A DNA stretch of 64,000 nucleotides from Candidatus Multivoradales bacterium (GTDB lineage Bacteria; Acidobacteriota; Thermoanaerobaculia; Multivoradales; JAHEKO01): positions 2,400,001-2,464,000 of the forward strand of contig CBDCXM010000009.1 of NCBI GenBank assembly GCA_965223855.1. The letters run 5' to 3'. Position numbers and translations under genes: made by a program. The notes under the pieces were generated by a model. The model did no database searches. It had not been told where the DNA came from and was given only the letters and a program-made list of their open reading frames with translations. Positions within the stretch are counted from its first letter, which is position 1, and each line of letters starts with the position of its first letter. This document shows, one piece after another, positions 8,365 through 17,308 of the stretch.

Positions 8365-9756
8365 ATGACCGCGAAGAAGGCAGGTGAGGGGGGCGGTACG
8401 GGGAGCGCGACCGGGACGGGGAGCAGACGGCCGTCGGACGCCGCATGGCTCCTGTGTCTCGGGTTGTGCTTTGCCGGATTCCTGCTCTCCTGGGCGATCT
8501 GGGCTCCCGGGTTCATGAGCCCCGATTCCCATCATCAGTGGAGTCAGGTGAAGTCGGGTGAGTACGTCGACGATCACCCGACCATCATGGTGCTGCTGTG
8601 GCGAGCGATCCGTCTGTTTCACGATGGGCCGACCGGCCTGTTCTTTCTTCATCTGAGCGTCTTCTGGCTGGCGCTGATGTCGTTGAGCCGGCTCCTCGGG
8701 CCGAGGGGCGGCGCCTGGCCCTTTGCGGCATTGATGGTCGGTTTCGCTCCTCCTGTGTTCGGCAGTCTGGGTGCCATCTGGAAGGACATCGGCCTGGGGA
8801 TCGCGCTGCTGGCGGCACTCGCCCTGACAGGGCGCCTCTACCAGCGCTTCTCGTGGCGCCATCTGGCGCTGGCGGCGATGCTGCTCTTCTACGCCCAGAA
8901 TGTTCGACACAACGCGCCTCCGGCGGTCTTGCCGTTCTGGATCGCGCTCGCGCTCGTCGTGCTGCGGCACCTCGGAAGGCCGGCATCACCCTGGCGAGTC
9001 GGGTTCGCCGGCGTAGCGATGCTGGCCGTCGCTTCGATCGGATACAAGTCCTTCGAGACAGTGGTTCTCCGGCCCGAGAAGACCTACTTCGTCCAGAATC
9101 TGATGCTCCACGATCTCGCCGCGCTCTCGACGGCCAAGGGAGAGCTGCTGATTCCCGAACCACACCGTGGACAGGACTGCACCGTGGCGAGCGTCGCCGA
9201 GACCTATCGCGGCGATGGGCGCTGCTACGACACCTTCTTCTACGGCAAGAACGCACTACAACGGGTCCCCACGGGCGAGGCGACCGAGTCGCTGAGGCGG
9301 ATCTGGTGGCGGGAGGTGAGAGCCCGGCCGGGCGTCTACCTGAAGCATCGCTGGCGCTTCTTCGTCGGCACGCTCGGCTGGGGCCAGGGGCCCTGCCGGG
9401 CGCATCAGATCCTCCACCTTCCGACCCCTCCCCCCTCTCCCGGCATCGGCGTGAGCCCGGTGCGGGCGGCGCAGTGGTCCTTCCTTCATTTCGAGAAGTG
9501 GGGGCTCTTCTTCGAGCCCTGGTTCTATCTGGCGGCCTCTTCGCTCCTCTTCGCGCTCGGGCTGAAACTCGAGGACGGCGTCGGCCGCGCCGTGATGCTG
9601 ACGGCCTCGTCGTCCTCGGTTCTCTACCTGCTGCCGTACTTCTTCGTTACCGTCTGCTGCGACTTCAGGTACAGCTGGTGGGCGGCGCTCTCCAGCCTGA
9701 TGGCAGGGCTGTTCTACCTTTCGAGTCGACCCTGGGCGCGGGGGCGTGCGAGATGA
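8365..9756 (+). CDS. Polytopic membrane protein, GT-C-like glycosyltransferase
   Basis: PGFMSPDS...QW...DDHP motif in the first loop, IWKD, RHN and DFRY motifs, many TM helices and a large periplasmic loop. Confidence 0.65.
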   Translation: MTAKKAGEGGGTGSATGTGSRRPSDAAWLLCLGLCFAGFLLSWAIWAPGFMSPDSHHQWSQVKSGEYVDDHPTIMVLLWRAIRLFHDGPTGLFFLHLSVFWLALMSLSRLLGPRGGAWPFAALMVGFAPPVFGSLGAIWKDIGLGIALLAALALTGRLYQRFSWRHLALAAMLLFYAQNVRHNAPPAVLPFWIALALVVLRHLGRPASPWRVGFAGVAMLAVASIGYKSFETVVLRPEKTYFVQNLMLHDLAALSTAKGELLIPEPHRGQDCTVASVAETYRGDGRCYDTFFYGKNALQRVPTGEATESLRRIWWREVRARPGVYLKHRWRFFVGTLGWGQGPCRAHQILHLPTPPPSPGIGVSPVRAAQWSFLHFEKWGLFFEPWFYLAASSLLFALGLKLEDGVGRAVMLTASSSSVLYLLPYFFVTVCCDFRYSWWAALSSLMAGLFYLSSRPWARGRAR

Positions 9757-11099
9757 AGTCGGTCCCTGCACGCCGTCTCCTTCCCGCCGCCGGCCTCGTG
9801 CTCGCGCTCGTTCTGCTGTTCGCTGTTCCGCCTGGCCTCTTCCGCCGGCCGAGCCTTCGGATCGACGAGCAGCAGCTCGAGGAGCCGCGCTGGGAGTTTC
9901 CGGAGGCGAGGACCTACGAGGTCGAGTTCGTCTGGCAGCCGACGATCTGGCAACGGCCGCAGCTCGAGTTCTGGGTCGACGATTGCCTGCGCTCGATCGT
10001 CATCAACGACGTCGACCTTTCCGCCCTGCTCGGGTACTGCGACTTCGTCGGCTCGCGGAAGCTCGACCTCGGCCCTCTGCTGGTCGATGGACGTGCCCAT
10101 CTGCGAGTCCAGGTCGAGAATCTCGGCGGTCCGGGCGGCATGACCGTCCACGGGGTGGCGAACGAGTTTCTCGCCACCTGGAGATACCTGGTGAGCTTCG
10201 GTCTCCTGCTCTGGTGGCTCCACCGTCCGGGTGAGGAACCCGGGGCCGGCGAGCCCGACACCGGAGCCTGGAGACGGCGCACGAGAGGCGTCGGGGCGGC
10301 CCTGGCGGCGGCAGCGGTCGTAGCCGGATTCTTCTGGCTGGGGTCTCGCTCGGACGGCGCCCGGGACGGCTCGCACTCCCGGTCCGAGGGCGAGAGAGCA
10401 CCGCCTTCGATCGCCGAGGACAAGGAGCTCAACCCGCGGATTCTCGTCGCCGGCGGAGAGTTCCTCATGGGCAGCCCGGAGGGTGTCGCCTATGAAGACG
10501 AGCGTCCTGTCCGCCGGGTGCGGATCTCGAGCTTCCGAATGCAGCGCTACGAGGTCACCAACGAGGAGTACCTGCGCTTCCGCCCCGGCCATCGCTTCCT
10601 CCCCGGGCAGGAGCGCTACCCGGCGGTGAACGTGACCTGGGAGGACGCCCGCGCCTACGCACGATGGCTCGGCGGCAGTCTGCCGACCGAGGCGCAGTGG
10701 GAGTTTGCCGCTCGGGGGCCACGGGGGCGCAAGTACCCCTGGGGCGACGAGCCACCCGATTGCTCGAGAGCGAACTTCAACGACTGCGGCTGGCGGCTCG
10801 CCCCTGTCGGCGGCCGACCGGCCGGAGCCACGAGGGGCGGGATCGAAGACCTGGCTGGTAATGTCTGGGAGTGGTGCACCGACTGGTACGCCGACCGGTA
10901 TCCGTCGCCCGGTTCGCCCGAAGCGGTAACGGATCCGACCGGTGCGCCCTCGGGCTGGGAGCGGGTGATGCGGGGCGGCTCCCTCATCGGCGGTCCCGGT
11001 CACCTGAGAGGCGCCTATCGCGGCTCCTACAACCCGGGCTTCCTGGGGCACGACATCGGCTTCCGGGTGGTTTGGCCGGAGGAGCGGGAGTCTCCGTGA
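9753..11099 (+). CDS. Membrane-anchored FGE-sulfatase (SUMF1/PvdO-like) domain protein
   Basis: ATGA overlap with the upstream gene; FLMGS, YEVTN, LPTEAQWEFAARG, DLAGNVWEW, RVMRGGS, GFR motifs; N-terminal TM segments and a beta-sandwich. Confidence 0.85.
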   Translation: MKSVPARRLLPAAGLVLALVLLFAVPPGLFRRPSLRIDEQQLEEPRWEFPEARTYEVEFVWQPTIWQRPQLEFWVDDCLRSIVINDVDLSALLGYCDFVGSRKLDLGPLLVDGRAHLRVQVENLGGPGGMTVHGVANEFLATWRYLVSFGLLLWWLHRPGEEPGAGEPDTGAWRRRTRGVGAALAAAAVVAGFFWLGSRSDGARDGSHSRSEGERAPPSIAEDKELNPRILVAGGEFLMGSPEGVAYEDERPVRRVRISSFRMQRYEVTNEEYLRFRPGHRFLPGQERYPAVNVTWEDARAYARWLGGSLPTEAQWEFAARGPRGRKYPWGDEPPDCSRANFNDCGWRLAPVGGRPAGATRGGIEDLAGNVWEWCTDWYADRYPSPGSPEAVTDPTGAPSGWERVMRGGSLIGGPGHLRGAYRGSYNPGFLGHDIGFRVVWPEERESP

Positions 11100-11130
11100 G
11101 TCTCGGCCCGGCGTGGGCCCACCAGGGGCC

Positions 11131-12978
11131 ATGAACGTCCTCGGACTCATCTTCCACCGGGACTTTCCCCACCCTGCCGCCTGCCTGCTGCGCGACGGCG
11201 ATCTGGTGGCGCTGGGGGAGGAAGAGCGTTTCGTCCGGGTGAAGGGGGCAAAGGGGTTCTTCCCCGGGCGCGCGATCCGCTACTGCCTGGACGAAGGCGG
11301 CCTCTCACTCGCCGACGTCGACCAGATCGCCTTCGGCTGGGACGCGAGCAAGTATCGCTGGCGCTATCCGCTCTTCCTGGCGCGCAGTTTCCTGAGCCAT
11401 CGCCTCTTCGGGAGGAGGGCACGGCCGCGTCGGAGTTCCGGAGAGCGTGGCGCCGGTGGCGGACCGCGACAGGGCTCTGCCGTCCTGGACGGTCTCCGCG
11501 ACCTCCTCGCCACCCACCCTCGGAGTCTCGGGCAGAGCCTCGCCTTCGGCTTCCGTGAAGCGGGATTTCACGGCGAGTTGCCGCCGATCTCCTTTCTCGA
11601 TCATCACGAGTGCCACGCGGCGACCGCCTACTACTGCTCGGGCTTCGACGAGAGCGCTGTACTCGTCTTCGATGGGCACGGCGAGGAGAACACGGTCACG
11701 ATCTGGAAGGGCGAAGGCGACCGGTTGACCCGACTTCGCAGGGTGGTCATCCCGCACTCCCTCGGCTGGTTCTACGCCATGTTCACCGAGTACCTGGGAT
11801 GGGACCCGAACGAGGGTGAGGTCAAGCTCATGGGGTTGGCTCCGTTCGGCGAACCGAACGCCGAGCTTCGCGAGGTGGTCGATTCGATTCTGCGGCTCAC
11901 CCCGGAGGCGATCGAGGTCGATGCCGACTACCTCTTCTACCGTCCGCGCAGCTACGGGCGCTTCTTCAGCGATCTGCTGGTCGAGAGGTTGGGGCCGCCG
12001 CGCGGGCGGGACGACGAGGTCACCGACCGCCATCGCGACATCGCTGCCGCGGTGCAGGCGCGACTCGAGCAGGCCGGCGTCCACCTGGCACGGATCGCAC
12101 TCGAGGCGGCCGGCTCGGCCAACCTCTGCCTGGCGGGCGGAGTGGCGCTCAACTGCAAGATGAACGGCCACCTGCACGCCCTGGGGCTCGCCGAGAAGCT
12201 CTTCGTGCAACCGGTCTCGTACGACGCCGGTGTCGCGCTGGGTGCCGCGCAACTCGTCGCCCGTCGCGGCGGAGACGAGGTGCGCTCACGGATGCGCCAC
12301 GTTCAGTACGGCCCGGCCTTCGGCGCCGACGAGATCGAGACGGTGCTGCGGCGGAACCGCATCGACTTCCGGCGCAGCAGCGACGTGGCGGCGGAGACTG
12401 CGGAGTTCCTCGCGCAGGGCAGGATCGTCGCCTGGTTCCAGGGGCGGATGGAGGTCGGGCCTCGCTCCCTCGGCGCTCGCTCGATCCTCGCCGATCCACG
12501 GGACCCCGCCATGAAGGACCGGGTCAACGACTCGGTCAAGTTCCGTGAGGCGTGGCGACCGTTCGCTCTCTCGCTGCTGGAGGAGTTCAAGGACGAGTAT
12601 CTCGAGAAACCCGCCGACTCGCCCTTCATGATCCTCGCCTTCGAGGTTGCGAAGGCCCGGCGTGGCGAACTGTCGAGCGCGATGCACTGGGTCGATCACA
12701 CGACGAGGCCCCAGACGGTGTCTCGCGAGACCCAACCGCTCTTCTGGGCGCTGATCGATCGGTTTCGCCGGCTCAGCGGCGTTCCGGGCGTGCTCAACAC
12801 CTCGTTCAATGTCAAGGGTGAGCCCGTGGTGTGCAGCCCTGACGATGCGCTCCGCTGCTTCTTCGGCACCGGGCTCGAAGTCCTGGTGATGGGCGACTTC
12901 GTCGTCGAGAAGGCGGCCCAGAGCCGGGGGACCGCTAGCCGGCGGCGCGACGCCGGTCTGCCGTCGACTTCATCGTGA
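11131..12978 (+). CDS. O-carbamoyltransferase (NodU/CmcH/TobZ family)
   Basis: EEERFVRVK, HHECHA, DGHGE, SLGWFY, EVKLMGLAPFG, AGGVALNCKMN, GRMEVGPRSLGARS, KFREAWRPF, NTSFN. Confidence 0.95.
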   Translation: MNVLGLIFHRDFPHPAACLLRDGDLVALGEEERFVRVKGAKGFFPGRAIRYCLDEGGLSLADVDQIAFGWDASKYRWRYPLFLARSFLSHRLFGRRARPRRSSGERGAGGGPRQGSAVLDGLRDLLATHPRSLGQSLAFGFREAGFHGELPPISFLDHHECHAATAYYCSGFDESAVLVFDGHGEENTVTIWKGEGDRLTRLRRVVIPHSLGWFYAMFTEYLGWDPNEGEVKLMGLAPFGEPNAELREVVDSILRLTPEAIEVDADYLFYRPRSYGRFFSDLLVERLGPPRGRDDEVTDRHRDIAAAVQARLEQAGVHLARIALEAAGSANLCLAGGVALNCKMNGHLHALGLAEKLFVQPVSYDAGVALGAAQLVARRGGDEVRSRMRHVQYGPAFGADEIETVLRRNRIDFRRSSDVAAETAEFLAQGRIVAWFQGRMEVGPRSLGARSILADPRDPAMKDRVNDSVKFREAWRPFALSLLEEFKDEYLEKPADSPFMILAFEVAKARRGELSSAMHWVDHTTRPQTVSRETQPLFWALIDRFRRLSGVPGVLNTSFNVKGEPVVCSPDDALRCFFGTGLEVLVMGDFVVEKAAQSRGTASRRRDAGLPSTSS

Positions 12979-13765
12979 CGAAGTCGAAGCGCGGGGCGAG
13001 GGCGGCGAGCAGCGAGTCGAGCTTGCGCTCGTTGCGGACGCGTCCATAGTTGAGGATGAAGCGGTCGACGAGCGACGACCGGGAGCCTCCGGGTTCGCCG
13101 TGGCTCCGGTAGAACTCCCAGGGGTGGAAGTAGAGGAACGCCGGCCGGCCGGCGGCGATGAACCGTCGCAGGAGAGGGCTCGGAAGGAGCCGGAAGTAGA
13201 AGCCGCCGACCCACGGCCATCGCGGGAAGCCGATCCTCGGGAGCGGGATCTCGACGAGCCGCGATCGGTGAACGAAAGGACGGACGGGGAAGTTGCGGTC
13301 GCCGTAGAGACCGGTCTCGAACTGGCAGAAGCTGCTGTCGTACTCATAGCCCTCGGCCAGCAGCAGATCGAGGAACTCGAGATGCCGGCCATAGGGCACC
13401 GACCAGGACGGGCAGCGGAAACCGACCACTGCTCTCCCGGTCGCTTCCTCGAGGACCGCTTTCGACCGCCGCACCTCGTCGCGCCACGCCGCTTCGTCGA
13501 GCGTGGAGAAGAGTGGGTGCGAGCAGCTGTGCGAGGCGATCTCGTGGCCTCCGTCTGCGATCGCCCGGAGCGTCTCGGGGCCGAAGTCGTCTGAGACGAC
13601 GAAGAAGGTCGCCCGCGCGCGGTGGCGCTCGAGCAGCTCGATCAGGTCGTGAATCCTGGCGATGTCTCGATCGAGATCGCGATGGAGCTCGACCCCGGTC
13701 AGCAGATGCGCCCGACCCCACCACTCGGTGTCGAAGGTCAGGGCGAGAGGATGTTTCTCATCCAT
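12935..13765 (-). CDS. Polysaccharide deacetylase family protein (CE4-like, DUF3473 type)
   Basis: LTFDTEWW, ATFFV, HEIASHSCSH, GFRCPSWS, YDSS, GGFYFR, YFHPWE. Confidence 0.9.
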   Translation of the reverse strand: MDEKHPLALTFDTEWWGRAHLLTGVELHRDLDRDIARIHDLIELLERHRARATFFVVSDDFGPETLRAIADGGHEIASHSCSHPLFSTLDEAAWRDEVRRSKAVLEEATGRAVVGFRCPSWSVPYGRHLEFLDLLLAEGYEYDSSFCQFETGLYGDRNFPVRPFVHRSRLVEIPLPRIGFPRWPWVGGFYFRLLPSPLLRRFIAAGRPAFLYFHPWEFYRSHGEPGGSRSSLVDRFILNYGRVRNERKLDSLLAALAPRFDFVTMKSTADRRRAAG

Positions 13766-14126
13766 CGCTCGGGAGAGCGTCCCTGTCGGGCGGGGAGCCG
13801 TCTTCCGCCGTCGTCAGGGCGATGTGACGCACGAGCCGGGTGAGCTCGGCCTCCAGCCGCCGGGTCTTGCGGTAGAAGTAGAACGCCGCTGCCGGAAAGG
13901 CGAGCGCGAGGGTGTAGAGGACCAGGTCGGCGCCTCGCCCGACCCCCAGCGCGTGTGCGACGCTGGTCGTGATCTCGGGTCGCCACACGGCGATCGCCGC
14001 TGCGAACCAGAGCAGGGAGCGGGAGAGGGCGATCCACCGCGGTCGCTCGCCGAGCAGAAACCTCGCCGTGCTCGTGACGAAGAAGAGACCGGCGAGCGGG
14101 ATCACGACGATCTGGAAAAGCAACAT
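13758..14126 (-). CDS. DUF2304 family membrane protein (Rv3632/GacJ-like)
   Basis: Three TM helices, ALGVGRGADLVLY, C-terminal ELTRLVRHIAL; start overlaps the GT2 stop (TGATG). Confidence 0.85.
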   Translation of the reverse strand: MLLFQIVVIPLAGLFFVTSTARFLLGERPRWIALSRSLLWFAAAIAVWRPEITTSVAHALGVGRGADLVLYTLALAFPAAAFYFYRKTRRLEAELTRLVRHIALTTAEDGSPPDRDALPSDG

Positions 14127-14818
14127 CAGCGCAGCTTCTCGAGAAGGACCTCGATCGCGATGCGAAACGCGTTGCTGGAGCGCTGCCCCTTGGCGATCGA
14201 GTACTCGGAGTAGCGGATCGTCACCGGAACCTCGACGTAACGCCACCGGTTCCGGGCAATCTGCTCCAGGATGTCGGAGGCGTGCGCCATCCGGTCCATT
14301 CCGATCGACAGTGTGCCGGCCGCTTCGCGGGAGAGGGCGCGAAAGCCGTTGTGGGCGTCGGTGATTCGCAGACCCGTGATGGCGCGGGTGAAGAGGACGC
14401 CGCACTTGAGGACGAGCCGGCGGGCCATCGGGACGCGGCTGTGGCGATCGAGAAATCTGGTGCCGATGGCCACGTCGCAGTGGCCGGCAGCGACCGGTGC
14501 GACGAGGTCCTCGATCTGTGTGGGATCGTGCTGCCCGTCGGCGTCGAAGGTCACGATGATGTCCGCCCCGAGATTCAAGGCGTGCCGGATTCCCGTTTCC
14601 AATGCTGCGCCCTGGCCGCGATTGACCACATGCCGCAGCCGGCTCGCGCCCAGTCCCTCGAGTTGCCGCCAGGTGCCGTCGGAGGAGCCGTCGTCCACCA
14701 CGACCACTCGCCAACCGCGCGACAGCACCTCCCGAACGACGGCACGAATCACCCGGGCCTCGTTGAAGGCGGCGATGACCACTTCGACGTGGGGGCGGGA
14801 TTCTGGATGGGCGGCCAT
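14126..14818 (-). CDS. GT2 glycosyltransferase, polyprenyl-phosphate sugar synthase type (DPM1/PpgS/GacI-like)
   Basis: VIAAFNE, VVVDDGSSDGT, NRGQGAAL, TFDADGQH, TDAHNGFRA. Confidence 0.92.
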   Translation of the reverse strand: MAAHPESRPHVEVVIAAFNEARVIRAVVREVLSRGWRVVVVDDGSSDGTWRQLEGLGASRLRHVVNRGQGAALETGIRHALNLGADIIVTFDADGQHDPTQIEDLVAPVAAGHCDVAIGTRFLDRHSRVPMARRLVLKCGVLFTRAITGLRITDAHNGFRALSREAAGTLSIGMDRMAHASDILEQIARNRWRYVEVPVTIRYSEYSIAKGQRSSNAFRIAIEVLLEKLR

Positions 14819-14958
14819 CGGCGGTGGGCGAGCGGGAAGACGCTCGGCGTCACTATCCTGTCAGCGTAGCTTGCTGCTGTAACCCCCGGGCGAGCAGGAA
14901 GTCGATCGGGGAATTCGAAGGATCGCCTCCTGCCCGCCATCCAATCTCGCGGGGGCCC

Positions 14959-15873
14959 ATGGAACCAGCAGCTCGCTCATCGCCGACGGCGACCGTCGTC
15001 CTGTCGACCTACAACCAGCCCGCCTGGCTGGAGCTGGCTCTCGACGGCTACGCCCTTCAAAGCGAGCGCGACTTCGAGTTGATCGTCGCCGACGACGGTT
15101 CCGGGCGGGAAACGGCTGCCGTCGTCGACGCCTTCCGCCGGCGAAGCGGGCTGCCGGTGCTGCACCAGTGGCAGGAAGATCGCGGATTCAGAAAGTGCCG
15201 CGCCCTCAACCGCGCGATCGCCGCAAGTCGCGGCGAGTACCTGATCTTCAGCGACGGGGATTGCGTCCCGCCCCCGGACTTCGTCGCCACTCATCTGTGG
15301 CATGCGCGAAGCGGACGGTTTCTCTCCGGCAGCTACTACAAGCTCGCCGCGTCGGTCAGTGCGCGGATCGCCCGGAGCGGGCCGGACCCGGAACCGCCGT
15401 CGATTCGCAACCTGCTCGCCCTCGGCTGCGCGCCCGGGCTGGCGCTTCTGAAGGCGGCGGCGTTGCCACCCGTCCTCGAGTGGGCGCTCGACCGGGTGGC
15501 AGCGATCAAGCGGATCACCTGGAATGGTCACAACTCCTCGGCGTGGAAGCGGGACCTGGTACGGGTCAACGGATTCGACGAGCGGATGGGCTACTGGGGT
15601 GAGGATCGTGAGTTGGGCTTGCGCCTGCGCCATGCCGGGGTCCGGCCGCTGCAGCTCCGTCATCGCTGCTGCTGCCTCCACCTGCATCACGAGCGGCCGT
15701 ACCGCGACCCGGCGCTCCAGACCCGCAACCGCGAGCTGCTTCGCGAGGTGGTCTCCCATAGACGGAGCTGGACGCTCCACGGCCTCGCCCCGGGGCCTCC
15801 GCGGCCGCAGATTCCGATCCCGCACCCGGTGGGCGCGAAGGATTTTCGTCCGGCCGGCATCTCACAGAGTTGA
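14959..15873 (+). CDS. GT2 glycosyltransferase
   Basis: STYNQ, VADDGS, WQEDRGFRK, FSDGDC, WNGHNSS, VNGFDE, GEDREL. Confidence 0.9.
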   Translation: MEPAARSSPTATVVLSTYNQPAWLELALDGYALQSERDFELIVADDGSGRETAAVVDAFRRRSGLPVLHQWQEDRGFRKCRALNRAIAASRGEYLIFSDGDCVPPPDFVATHLWHARSGRFLSGSYYKLAASVSARIARSGPDPEPPSIRNLLALGCAPGLALLKAAALPPVLEWALDRVAAIKRITWNGHNSSAWKRDLVRVNGFDERMGYWGEDRELGLRLRHAGVRPLQLRHRCCCLHLHHERPYRDPALQTRNRELLREVVSHRRSWTLHGLAPGPPRPQIPIPHPVGAKDFRPAGISQS

Positions 15874-15991
15874 GGAACGCCGTGACGTTCAGCGTCACCC
15901 GGACGACGGCGGGGGTTCCATTCTCCAGTACAGACCGCGGTTCTCGGTTGGATGCAGAGTCGCTGAGCCGCAAAGCCTCGGGAGGGCTCGA

Positions 15992-17308
15992 GTGGTGGAA
16001 CGAAGCTTCAGGAAGTCATTACGGATGCTGGTGCTGTCGGCGCTTGCGGTGCCGATGGCCATAGGCGCTCAGGAAGGGCCCATCACTCTCGAGTTCAGTC
16101 TCTCGAACCCGGGAGCCCGCAGCATGGGCCTCGGTGGCGCCTTTGCCGCCCTGGCCGATGATGCGACCGCAGCCTTCGCGAACCCGGCCGGGCTCGTTCA
16201 GCTGATCGAACCGGAGTTTTCGATCGAGGGGCGCTTCACGTCGGTGGACACTGAGTTCGTGGAGGGGGGACGGGCGGTCGGGGAGCCGACAGGGTTCGGG
16301 ATCGACACAATTGCGGGGGTGAGGACCGGCGTCTCGACCAACGAGAGCTCGGATGCCTCGTTCGCCTCGCTGGTCTTTCCCGCAAGGCGCGCGGCTGTTG
16401 CCCTGTACCGGCACGTCTGGGCGGATTTCGATCTCACGAGACGGGTGGACGGGCTCTTCGGCGACGTGGAGGGAGAGCTCGATCGCTCCGAGGACGTCCT
16501 CGCGAGGACGCGGGTGCGTGTCGTTCACACAGGCCTCGCGCTGGCGCTCGAGGTGACCGATCGCTTCAGCATCGGCATCGCAGCCGTCTCGTTCGATGCC
16601 GACATGGACTCGCGTTCCGTCGAGTACGGACAGGAGGACGACGGATTCTTCGAGCCGAATCCGTTCACGCCTGAGCTGGTCGATACGCTCTACTCGTACC
16701 GGTCGACGACGAGCGACTGGGTCGGGCACGTCGGGATTCTGCTGCGCCCCTCCGATCGATGGTCGCTGGGCGCGTACTACCGTGAGGGGCCGACCCTCGA
16801 GCTCCGGGTGGTGGAGACCGTGGGCCCGGCCGATGACGAAGTCCCTGCGGGGACGATCGAACTCGATACGACGACCCCCCTCGAGCTACCGGACGTCTAC
16901 GGCGTGGGGATCGCGGTGCACAGCGCCGACGGTCGCTGGACGACGAGCGTCGAGTGGGCCCACGTACGCTACTCGGCGATCGTCCGCAGCCTCGACACCG
17001 CCGTCTTCGACCCGGACCAGATCGCGATCGAGGACGGAAGCGAGCTCCACTTCGGGATCGAGCGCATTCTGAGCCGGGCTCGTCCCATCGTCGGGCTCCG
17101 CCTCGGTGCATGGCTCGATCCCGACCATCGCGTCGGTTCCGGTTTCGACGCCGACGTGTTCGAGAGCGCCATCTTCCGCGCCGGCGACGACCTCTGGCAC
17201 GGCACCGGCGGACTCGGACTGGTGTTCGAGAGCTTCCAGCTGGACTTCGGCTTCGATCTGTCGGAGCGGGGGCATACCGCCTCGATCTCGGTCGTCTATC
17301 GGTTCTGA
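15992..17308 (+). CDS. FadL/OmpP1-like outer-membrane beta-barrel
   Basis: GGAGG SD before GTG (alternative starts 15995, 16025); NPGARSMGLGGAFAALADDATAAFANPAGL hatch motif; C-terminal SVVYRF. Confidence 0.85.
   Translation: MVERSFRKSLRMLVLSALAVPMAIGAQEGPITLEFSLSNPGARSMGLGGAFAALADDATAAFANPAGLVQLIEPEFSIEGRFTSVDTEFVEGGRAVGEPTGFGIDTIAGVRTGVSTNESSDASFASLVFPARRAAVALYRHVWADFDLTRRVDGLFGDVEGELDRSEDVLARTRVRVVHTGLALALEVTDRFSIGIAAVSFDADMDSRSVEYGQEDDGFFEPNPFTPELVDTLYSYRSTTSDWVGHVGILLRPSDRWSLGAYYREGPTLELRVVETVGPADDEVPAGTIELDTTTPLELPDVYGVGIAVHSADGRWTTSVEWAHVRYSAIVRSLDTAVFDPDQIAIEDGSELHFGIERILSRARPIVGLRLGAWLDPDHRVGSGFDADVFESAIFRAGDDLWHGTGGLGLVFESFQLDFGFDLSERGHTASISVVYRF

Noticed and set aside
8598-9752. 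Long N-terminal extensions in the ORF track (also 16954, 24725, 35011, 53656, 60753)
   Set aside because: Arg/Pro-rich non-coding frames overlapping other genes; real starts were chosen from SD, coupling and signal peptides.
10430-11099. FGE-fold C-termini (also ~47060-47688) as diversity-generating retroelement targets
   Set aside because: No reverse transcriptase and no near-identical template repeat differing at adenines was seen in the window; similarity between the two is at the protein-family level.
9753-11099. FGE-domain proteins as true formylglycine-generating enzymes for the sulfatase
   Set aside because: Both lack the catalytic Cys pair after the RGGS motif.
11131-12978. Carbamoyltransferase as marker of an antibiotic biosynthetic cluster
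   Set aside because: No PKS, NRPS, RiPP or aminoglycoside genes nearby; the context is envelope glycan.
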